A stretch of 64,000 nucleotides of DNA from Balanoglossus misakiensis. Taxonomy: Eukaryota > Animalia > Hemichordata. The notes under the pieces are model-generated. The model was not told the origin of the DNA, searched no databases, and worked only from the letters and a program-made list of their open reading frames with translations. The stretch spans positions 1,284,886-1,348,885 of the forward strand of contig CM082597.2 of the NCBI GenBank assembly GCA_040954595.2. The letters are read 5' to 3'. This document shows positions 51,501-61,100 of the stretch, in pieces. The position numbers were made by a program, and so were the translations under genes. The stretch's first letter is position 1, and every line of letters begins with the position of its first letter.

Positions 51501-52669
51501 TGGGCCACTCACATTAAAATTTCCCACATTTACATTTTGAAGTCAACATATTGAAATATACACACACTATTATGCATAGGGTACCACAAAGAAAAACACC
51601 TTTACAATAAGCTATGGACTTGAAACAATATTTGAAGAGACCTTGATTATTAGGTTGCTTGCATAAGTTTTCACATGAAAACTACAATTTCTTTAACTTT
51701 GTTTAGTTAGTATATTAATGGGGTACAATTTCCATATTCAGACAGGCGTCCATATCTGAAGATCCTCATTCACTAAAATAATGATCGCCCCATTTCAGGA
51801 CAAAATTTGATTCCTGGAATCAAGAAATCAACAGGAAAACCAGCTTCCTGTTGATTATTCTTTCCACACGTTTTTCTTAATCCTTTGAGTTTTGACCTTT
51901 ATCCGAAATTATTGATGTATAAACATGTCCGAAATAGTTGGAGTGAAATATTATTTGCTTGACTGTGTTTACGTTATTTCATCGAACATGATGCTAGTTT
52001 TGGACGGTCTTGAACACGTCAAAGAGGTGTATTACTCACGTTTTCAACAATTATTTTTCCAGACGAGTGAAAAAATAACCTTGGAAACATGAATATCTCA
52101 GAAATACTTGGTTTTCATTGGTACATTTATTGTAGACAGTTGGTCTGGATATATTTATTAAATTTACATATGTGTGTATCTCACTAAACAGGTTCTTTTA
52201 TAACCTTGTAACAGCCATTGGATGTAACAATGTATCATTTTTGGAGAACTTTTTAACATAAGATGATTAAATATACTATAAAATGTTGGGAAAGGGTGTG
52301 TGAAAATAATTTCATTGAAAGATGTGGTGATTTTGCCTTCATCGCACAGGCGAATCCATACAATAGAATGGCTGGATGATTAAGTCAATATAATACTAAA
52401 ATGGTCGATAGAGTAACCGTCTCACTTTTGTTTTCGAAATTGAACTCCCTAGGAAAATGAAACGGACATGTGAAATATACATGGGTGCGTGAAATGTGAA
52501 ATATACATCATCAATGGCAACGGGTTGACGGATCGTCTTCCGGCAAACGTTATAAGCAGCCATCCGCTAAAGTGTGAGTGCGCGTGTCAACTTTTTTTGT
52601 GTGAATAAAATACTTACCTCCCAACACCGACACGGCGACAATGAGACCGACGAAATATTTGAAATCCAT
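18556..52669 (-). CDS. Type I membrane Ig-superfamily protein (V + C-type Ig domains, Thr/Pro stalk, TM, PDZ-binding tail), CTX/JAM/nectin-like cell adhesion molecule, ~397 aa, 8 coding exons
   Basis: Exons 52669-52618, 30124-29907, 29682-29562, 29238-28783, 27314-27246, 24184-24113, 20438-20256 and 18578-18556 join in frame (1194 nt, phases 1,0,1,1,1,1,1), all GT-AG. The family label comes from architecture, not from a database hit. Confidence 0.85.
20256..20438 (-). CDS. IgSF gene TM exon
   Basis: ttttccag|...G|GTAAAT. Encodes GCTSGCVAGIVIALLIIAVGVTVLVIFY followed by the basic stop-transfer segment MRKKKGPKK. Confidence 0.9.
21400..21600. repeat. ~75-bp tandem repeat (~2.3 copies) in a TG/CATG-rich low-complexity intronic tract
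   Basis: The word gaaacca recurs at 21435, 21510 and 21586 with similar intervening sequence. Confidence 0.75.
24113..24184 (-). CDS. IgSF gene 72-nt stalk exon GEEPQKTTEKTETKLPTKAPETTK
   Basis: gatttcgacag| acceptor, weak donor G|GTTCGA, symmetric phase 1-1, mucin-like Thr/Pro/Lys/Glu composition. Confidence 0.72.
24595..24673. repeat. Exact 40-bp tandem duplication
   Basis: aacaagtactttggaaactgttcaactgaaggtttggtt occurs at 24595 and 24635. Confidence 0.95.
27050..27182. repeat. Degenerate ~36-45 bp minisatellite (~4 units)
   Basis: The unit cccccta(a)gtg..tagt.at..acccagg recurs just downstream of the 69-nt stalk exon. Confidence 0.7.
27246..27314 (-). CDS. IgSF gene 69-nt stalk exon REITTQQPEPTGLPKKTTAPITK
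   Basis: cttttaacag| ... G|GTATGA, symmetric phase 1-1, Thr/Pro-rich. Confidence 0.8.
28783..29238 (-). CDS. IgSF gene second Ig domain exon (C1-like/CD80-like C-type with acidic insertion)
   Basis: attacag| ... C|GTAAGT. Encodes TCSASNVKPAPTITW...NGDGTFNVESVLTV...ATC. Confidence 0.9.
29562..29682 (-). CDS. IgSF gene, second half of the V domain
   Basis: tttttacag| ... A|GTAAGT. Encodes GQYNLKINAITYDEEGEYTC, the V/I-set E-F strand signature. Missed by the ORF track. Confidence 0.92.
29907..30124 (-). CDS. IgSF gene, first half of the V domain
   Basis: atttcag| ... GAG|GTAAGT. Encodes GNEVILEC...LPSW with the B-strand Cys and C-strand Trp. Confidence 0.9.
41213..41294. repeat. 82-bp imperfect palindrome/hairpin in IgSF intron 1
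   Basis: Nested inverted arms TTGCTAGTC/GACTAGCAA, TAGAATCCAG/CTGGATTCTA and TTTTTCGC/GCGAAAAA surround a 6-nt loop. Confidence 0.8.
50049..50406. mobile_element. MITE-like/foldback remnant with ~45-bp imperfect inverted repeats
   Basis: aattctgccaaaaatcctcttcaaaaaccaggttctgaatgcatt (50049-50093) matches the reverse complement of 50363-50406, aattctgccaaagttatcttcaaagaccaggttctagtgcattt. Confidence 0.6.
52618..52669 (-). CDS. IgSF gene signal-peptide exon MDFKYFVGLIVAVSVLG
   Basis: gtcATGG start context, a hydrophobic core and donor GAG|GTAAGT in phase 1. It joins 30124 to give ...SVLGVCNG-AGTW, a plausible cleavage site. It sits in a CpG-rich promoter region. Confidence 0.8.
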
Positions 52670-52849
52670 GACGCTTTTTGAATACTTGATCCAGGAAAAA
52701 AACTGCTGATCAATCGACTATTCTCCCAAATTTCACCTGGAAGATTCTTGGACGCCTTGATTGTGCGGAAGGTGTGACTTCGCAGACGAAATACTGTGTA
52801 CACGCGTTTTTCAGGGGGGAACAACTTCGACGCGGCGCTTTTCAGCACG

Positions 52850-53500
52850 ATTACAGCCGTCAGTAGCTTGTGACCAGGGGTCGACTTCCTTATTTACCGA
52901 CGCACCCTAAACCTGCCTGTGTTATAACTCCCAGCATTCCGTGAGTCTTGCAAAATCATACAATAACTTCGCGTTGCATTGTGGGTATTTAATACAAAAC
53001 AAGTAAATGAAATAATAGGCCCCTGATAAAGACCCTTTAGCTAAATGGATGTATGTGCGCATTTAGTATACCACATGAGCAGGCAAACACGAATAATATC
53101 GGACTTTGGCCTGATTTCTCTGTTAATAGTTCATAACCAGACAGAGTTAACGTTTCCTGGAAAAAGCCCCAGGAATAATTAACAATAAATCAAAGCCATA
53201 TCAGAGAAAAACACCCACAGAGAAAGTAACATCAAAAGTTAAATTTTCCACATATGTATCTCATGTTTTGTCCTTGTTTTAAACATATTTTCTGGTTTTT
53301 CAAGTCCTAACAACTATTGAAGTAAAGAAACCTTCATACTAAAAGAACCATCACACGAAATTAAATCATTCCTGGGCGATTGAATGAATTTTTAGTTTAT
53401 TTAGACGTCGATAAAGGAAAGTGCTTGTGATGGAGACAAGCAGCCATATTGCAAAAACGTTAACGGCTGGGCCACTTTCCCGCCACTTCCTGTACCCCCG
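52850..53500. promoter_or_regulatory. Putative bidirectional promoter with two ZNF143/Staf-like sites plus E2F- and ETS-like sites
   Basis: TTATAACTCCCAGCATTCC at 52922-52940(+), TACCCACAATGCA at 52987-52975(-), TTTCCCGC at 53476-53483 and CACTTCCTGT at 53484-53493. The region is flanked by divergent consensus splice donors at 52617(-) and 53664(+). Confidence 0.55.
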
Positions 53501-53663
53501 AAGCTGTGCGCTTGTAACTCGTCGTCGAGGCGTTGCATGTTAGTCTCCTGTAAATCTGTCTAAGAGATAGTCACCGAGCGTTGATTATTGACAGTAGTCG
53601 GGACGGCAAAGACATTTCCTTTTCTGGCGGAAATAGTGCTGTGATAAAACGTATTTCTCTCAG
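53500..53663 (+). other. Candidate non-coding first exon of a divergent plus-strand transcript
   Basis: A CpG-rich stretch ends in CAG|GTAAGC at 53663/53664. No downstream coding exon was confidently found in the window. The 5' boundary is approximate. Confidence 0.4.
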
Positions 53664-55047
53664 GTAAGCTAAAACAAGTTTTTCTTTTTTTCTTGCGGAC
53701 ACCTTAATTTATTCAGGCGAGAGAATTGATGTCGATTTCATGAACGCGAACGCGTCTCAAGAAGAAATCTACATGACAATACAGACGACGTTACACGTGA
53801 AAATAAAAGTGCATAGACAGAGAACCAGTGTGAAGTTGTAATTTTATTATGACAGACATCGTTAACACTTCCAGTGAGCACAGTTTGTCACTTTTTAGCA
53901 GTTCTTAGCAGTTGCAGTTTGAAGAAAAAACGCGAAAATCGCAACTTTGGGAAGCGCAGTCCAGAATGAAGACTGTTGTTTGCAAAAAGACTCAAAGAAG
54001 GTTGATGACTATCATTTGGCGTTGCGCTAGGGAACTGTACCGTGACAGAAGCATGATGTTTTTGCGCTAAATCCTTTGCATAGTCGCGTTTGCTTTTAGA
54101 CGAGCTAAAGTAGTCGAGACAAGAAAACTAGCGCGTTGGTTTTCCCTGATCTTGAAGACGACAATCATAACAGCGCCAGCTCAACAACGCCGTTTTATTG
54201 ATCAGAAAAACTGTCAGCGTCGCGTTCTGTGTAATTTATTTACAAGGAAAAACTGCAGCTAATTTTAACCGTGGCTTGCGTATGTTGGGCGTGTTTTCGT
54301 GCCTGTGTTGTACATTTCAAGTTTGAAATCCGCGTGTTCATTTCTTGCCACAACGCCAAGCCTTGTATGTATCACACGTCACTATTTCTTAGATTGTGGA
54401 GATAGCGTCTTTGCTTGCTGCAAAATACTTCCACACCCACGCTAACATGTTCAGTTGAAAACAACTGTAGTAGAACAAGATCTAGGGCTCTGAAATCTCA
54501 CAAGGTTACTGTATGTAAATTCGATTATGTTTGGGAAAAGTTTTTTTTTCTTACTCGCGCTCAACAAAATTAACGAATTCTTGAGTGTGACCTTGTTTTC
54601 AATGCCAAAATATCTTCCTGCTGACTGGTGCAAATCTTGACAAATTGTTCATGTCATTTTGTTAGTGTAAGACGCCTGTGGGCCAAACCTTCCTTGGATG
54701 TCCACTACACAGTGTGGGAAATTTGAACCACAAACAATAGCCCTGGAATGACAATAGCTGAAAGTCAATTACTTTTGATAAAGTTGAATTTTTTTCCAAG
54801 TCAATTTAAAGAGGGGTACAAAGGGTATCCCGTATTCTCCACACAGACAGCATTACATAATATTCTGATGTGGAGGGGTTGACAAAAAACCTTTTGGGTT
54901 TTGTGTATGGGGGCAGTGGTTAGACTACTGATGCACGGAATGTCCGATTCCCATCACAATTGAACAATGCCTTTGGTAGATTTCTTGGACTAGTTTCAGC
55001 ATGTCTACTCGCTGTTTTCTTTTGAAAGAAACATGGAAATTCTTACT

Positions 55048-55125
55048 CACGAAAAATGTTAACATTAACTGAAATGAACAGTAACTGAATGAAGCAAATG
55101 AATAAAAATGTTAACATTTTTCGTG
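55048..55125. repeat. 78-bp element with perfect 19-bp terminal inverted repeats
   Basis: CACGAAAAATGTTAACATT (55048-55066) / AATGTTAACATTTTTCGTG (55107-55125). Confidence 0.8.
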
Positions 55126-58100
55126 GCTGAATTGACAAGGGGTAAGAAAGATAATTGATTTGATTCATCAATGTCCACTGAATAAAGCATCACAGTACTC
55201 TATAAACCATCTCATTGTTCATATTTAAACAAGGAACACCTGATTAAAATGCAGCAAATGATTATTTGTTTGAGATATTAAGAAAATGGCTGTTTGAACC
55301 ATGGAATAATTGTATTCAGAGCAGTATGGGTGACGCTGGAATGAATGAGATATGATTCAACTTTGTATTAATCAGCATGGTGTCACTAATTTCCTTGCAG
55401 AATAAGTAAAACCACGACATGTGTACATGTACATTAGAATTTCAATTTGGAAATAAAAGTTCTTCTTGTTGAATATCCTTTGTGTGTATAATCCTGACTC
55501 CAGAAAACACAGTTTTCATGTCAAGTGGGAATTGCGTTGGTTTTCAGGGCGCCCTACCCAGATGCTGCCATTCAACGTTCTTTGTCATGCCAAGCCTTTG
55601 CAATAAGACCCATTACTGGTAATAGCCAGTCAAGGCCAATGGCACACATGATCTTTCACAGTTGCTCACAGTGTGCCAAGCTGAGCACAAGTACACTATA
55701 TTCATGATTATTACCAGACATGTTAAGTTGGTGAAAATAAGTTATAGCTCTGACTTGTAAAAATGTTGTTCAAAGGCCGCTGCATCGAGTTATGATAATT
55801 GTTTCCCAACTTCCTCAAGACATTTGAAACCAGTTAGCAATTGCCTACTTTGCTGACCGGAAGTGTTTCAAGCCTGCTGCAAAAACTATTAACAGTAATG
55901 ATCATTATAAAACAGTAAAAAGTGTCATTTGATATATTTTTATCACCACCTTCCGTTTTATGTAAGGCCATGTTACAAAATATAAAACGTTCTCTTCTGA
56001 TCCAGTGTTGGTTAATTTGCATAGCAATGGAACTGATTGTATTGTACATTTCACTGTATGGTGCATTTCTATTGTTTTTCCTGAATTAGTGCTAGATTCT
56101 GTAAGGTTGAATTGCTCTGAAACAGTGTGTTTAATAAGCATTTCAATAAGCAGTCATCTGATATGATTTCCGCTGGATGATGAAATATTTGATCCTTGCG
56201 GCAGAAAACACTTGATCTTATAAACAACAGTTACCACCTTTGATCAAAGTAGAAAATAGAATGTCATGTTAGGTCTATTCAGATCTGGTAAATATGTTTG
56301 TCATATTATGTAAGAGTCTGACTCTTGGGTGACTCATGAACAGTATAGGTCTTAGTGGGCCTTGTTAGATGTCTTCATGTTTTATTATGTCTTGTCTCAT
56401 TTCAAGATGTTTTATTGCTCTTACGTGGGTAGTTACAGCCATCATCTGAAGCAAATGGGGCAGGGGTATCCTAAATTAAAAATATATAATATGAAAATAT
56501 ATTCTAAAATGTTTTGTATTTTAATGTTGTTTAGATTAAGATTTTACAATTTGGAAAGAGTTTATTAAGACCTTAGTTTATATGTTCATATATCATTCCT
56601 GATTTTCAGGCATCTATTTTTAACCAAATGGAAATGTTATGTTAAGATTTTGAGTTGGTTTTGCGTTTCTGTTACAAGTACGTCCTTCTGTCGTCTGCAA
56701 TTTCTCCTTGTGTTATCAGGAATTTTGAGGACTTCTTATTTGCAAATATGGATTCCACTCTCCAGCGAAATGTACAAGACCTTTAAATTCCTGGCAGTTT
56801 CAAGTAATGAAATTCTAATACTGAAAATCACTGCAAAGCATGCTAGAATGCATTTTGGGGATATGACATTTCAGTTGACCTTTACTATCAAGTGGTGGTA
56901 ACTGGTTATCAGGGACAAGATATTTAGACATATCCGTACTGCAGAAACGGAAAACTCATTCCGGCATTTCAAATGTCAGCTCAAAAGCCTTTGATCAGGT
57001 CCTCAGGGTGACTGATGTTTTCCCTGAAAATCGAGGTCACTTTGAAAAAGATTGAATTTCGCATGATAATCCCCCCTTTCATGCTCATTTCTCCCCTCCC
57101 CCCTGTAAGTGTTTTATTATTCTGATGCAAAAACACAAGAACAGACAACCCAACTAATCTAGAGGTTGATGAACATACTGTTCTGTTTCAAGGCGTCTAA
57201 CCAGAAAGCCAAATCTTACAGTGAAATGTACAAAATTTGGAATGTCTCTTTCAATTACTCATAGCCCTCTATCCGAACCTCTGGTGCTTTTCGTAAACAA
57301 CCCTCCCTCTTTGCATGCTTTCAAAGAAATGAATAAAAAAGGCCTTACATTGACAGGCCTTTTGGGAGAATGTGATAGTGCAGAAAAGAAAAAAAGAAGC
57401 CCTTATAATGAGCTTGGTTTGCAAATCCTACCATTCAACTTTTAATCTGCATTGTTTGTGAGGTGGGTTTATGAGGCCAAGAAGTTTGTGTGTTTGACAA
57501 AGCAGACCTTTGGTTTTGTCAATAAACATGTGGTTTAAATCTTTCTGTTTTAGTTTATAAAACAATGAAAATGGGGTGTGTGTTGGTCCTGTGTGTCTAC
57601 GTGCAGAGGGGGTGGACTTTGTAAAGTTCACGGCAAGGGACTATGGTGAATGGGTGTGGGGGGGGGGGGGGAAGAATGCCATGGGACCAGGGGTTTTATG
57701 AAAAGCTGAAGAGGGGTCATTGAGCCCAGCAAGATAATGATCCTTGAAGGTCAACTCTGGTGTGTGGGAAAACCAGCTGCCTCTTTCAGCCGAAACTGGA
57801 CAATGAACTTGTGCACATGAGGACTGTCAACTCCCTTGCACTTATACTTGATTCCACGGTTTGTCGAAATGTTACACTACCACTGCAATTATGATGCAAA
57901 TTCGACATTGTACCAATTTTATATTATTGCCCATTGAAACAAACGAAATGTTCCTTTCACTAGTAAGCACATGTTCATTTCATGATTAGTTTTTGATGCT
58001 ATACGCAGCAAATTTTTGGTGTTAACTCTGCTGGGAAGAAGTCATATTCATAATTACATGTATGGATAATATGACATGAGATGTATGGGAATATCGAATT

Positions 58101-61100
58101 TTCGGAAGGGAAAGTATCAATTTCCTTTCCAGTAAATAGGGAATGTTGCAAGGGAAATTGATAAGAACATGACAGCTTTTGAACGCAACGCATTCCCCTT
58201 TTAGCTCAATGTCCAACTTCCCAGTACCCTTAAAATGTGTAGTGTATATCCATAATGAAATATTCATATTATTAGACATGAAAGAAACATTTAATGACAT
58301 TTGACAGGATTTGTCAGGCAGCTGTCATCATACCCAGACTGGAATCCTGGCTGGTGAAAAAAAAATCAGTACTGTGTACTATAAAGTCAAATGAATTTGG
58401 TTTCATTTGATTTTCTTGAAACATGGCCATTTTACACAATATTACAAATCAGTCTGATTATTTTGTACCTCAAATATGCATTGACACTGAAGTGAAAAAT
58501 GGATGCATTTGATAGCCGAGCAGACAGTCGATAGACATCCATAAATATTTCACAGTTATTTCCAGTGAATAGATTAATCGACAGCTACAGGAATGTTCCA
58601 TTATTCTCTTTGCATAGGGGTGAGAAGGTTTGATAATGATAAAGAAAAAAGCACTTGCTGTTATCTTGTATAGAAGCATAATTTGTAAGACGGCGTGTGT
58701 TTTTGAGTTGGCGTACAGGGATTGGGTTGTTTATCATGTGATGTAAATGTCAAATGTATCAGTTGTATTTTCTGATGCAATGATTTCAAGAAACCTCTGT
58801 TGTAAATTTGTCATTCAGGGCAACAATTTAATCTGTTCGTAAGTCTGTCCGGAATACAAGTAGAACCATACGTGCTTCTTCTGTCTGAGGTAATTGCAGA
58901 ATCGCCCTTTTAACCTTACTTTTTATCCCTGACATATTCCGAAAGAAATCTCCACTTGCAATAAAGCTGTTGTGGGCAGTTAGGTTTGAAAAGATATAAT
59001 GACTTGTTTACATAAGCTGGAGTCTGACATCTGTTACAGATACCATCATACATCTCTGCAATATTGCATTTGTGTTGCTATGGAAACCATTGCTTTGAAA
59101 TTAATGCATTCAGGGTTAGCAGTTTACATTTCTGCTGGCCATCATTCAACACGATATTGTTAAGCAGAGTCCTTATCTTTTTAATTCCGTATTATTCTCC
59201 AGGATATCAGTGATCACAGACGTGCCGTATACGGTTAATTTCGATTCAACGTCCATCTCACTTGAGGCATTAGTGTTTGTAAATTATGCGCAGGGGAGTT
59301 CTGACATCAGCTCAGGATTTATTGAGAACACAGTCACAGTCTACACTGTACAAGCTGCCACGCCCCACTTTTCAGTAAACAGCCTAGCGATCTCAATTAT
59401 CCAAGGAATTTTGGAATTGTGGCTTTTTTCCTGATTATTATGATTGGTGTCTTTACCGTATTATTTACAGGATATTATAATTTCAATCGTTTTGGCAGGA
59501 TCTTGTTAATTTCGCATGACAATTTTATTGAGACGAAAATCCATACCTACGTGCGAGTTTGGACTAGCACTGTCTTGTGGATGCTGTTTTACATTTTCAT
59601 CAATTATATTGGCAGAAAGCCATGTTGAAAGGGTGTCATTAAAATTATTGTGTCATGAATTAATAATAAAATGTTAATGAATACTGAGTGATTGTCTTAA
59701 AAGTATTCCATCAGCCGTCTTGTGTTTGTGTTGGCTGTACCCCAAGTGAAGATACATAAATTTCCACAAGAACGTGCCAAACATTCCAAGATAAATTGAT
59801 GACAGTGTTTCTCTTACAAGTCTTGTCAAGCACAAGTCTGTAAAGGTAGAAGGGACAACCAGACTGGTGTAACAACCAAGGGACAACCAGACCAGAGTGT
59901 GGGAGAGTCTAGCACAGTGTAAAATAAACTAACATATTTTTGGCGTTGTGTAAATTAACACTCTTGAAGAGCATCTACCAGGTTTGCAGATATTTATAGA
60001 AGCCCTCTAATTGAGCACTCATGAATTCCTCTGTTACAGTGACCTATATGCTATCTCCTGCATCGTTACCGTGGCAAGAGTATCCATGGTAACAAAGAGG
60101 GTAGACACTCTGTCTCCTTGTCTAGTCAGTAGGGGAGTTTGCTTTAAAATATATTCCCATGGAAACCTGTGACATATCAGATCATTGGCTGAGAATGGTT
60201 CCTGCCTTGCTTCTCGGCATAATTATTTAATGGATGTAAGAATGTGTTTGTAAATGTTGAGGAGAATATGTTTAGCCGACACTGAGCCAACCCAATGTTA
60301 GCCCAATTAGCGAAAAAAACAACACTTGTTCTGTACTGTAACTCCTGTAGAATTTGGGATGGGCTTACCCCAAATTTAAGTTGCTCTTCAAGATTATACC
60401 TCAAGCAACAGAGACATTAACATTTGAGTGAGAGACAGACATAGAAAATGAGTTTGCTAGTCGGACAAACATCACCTTTGTCATTTGCAATGTCCCGGTT
60501 TTATAGCCTCGGTCACATGACGCTCTCAGCCAGACATTTCTATCAGCTTGAGGCTGTCATCAAAATCACAGATTAACTGGGAGTGCCCCACTGAACTACA
60601 GAGCTGTTACTCGAATCAGAATGTAGGTATTTCATTCTTTGTCTGGACTGTTTTTGCAAAGATGCTGTTCTGTGTGCGGGTTCGAAATCATATGCAAATT
60701 CACCAGCACTGTATGTTAATCAGTTTCAAATGATTGGCAGGCAGGGAATATGAATATTACTCGTTTTTTTGCAGGCAACATTTTGTGTTCTGTGTTTACA
60801 GTTAGTCTTTGCGAAACAGGAAGCACTTTCTCCAAACCGAAATTGTTGTCTGTTGCATGGTATGCAAGTCTGAGAACAGGAAGCTCGTTGGACTGTCTAA
60901 GATACCTCTGGTTAATGTAAGTCACGCGTCTGTTCCGTACAGTGGGACTTGAAAGTAGACCGTCCATTGGCAAGTAATTTTCTCTTTTGAAATGTGTTTG
61001 TTTATGATAATCTTCTCTTTTTCCCTCTGCCGGAGATGTTTTGATTTTAGCTTAATTGGTGTAGTTGGATGTATCAATCAATTGCGATGAAATTGACGTC

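Noticed and set aside
59203-59434. Candidate plus-strand coding exon (ISVITDVPYTVNFDS...) after a ttctccag acceptor
   Set aside because: No recognisable domain, no convincing donor and no partner exons, so support is insufficient.
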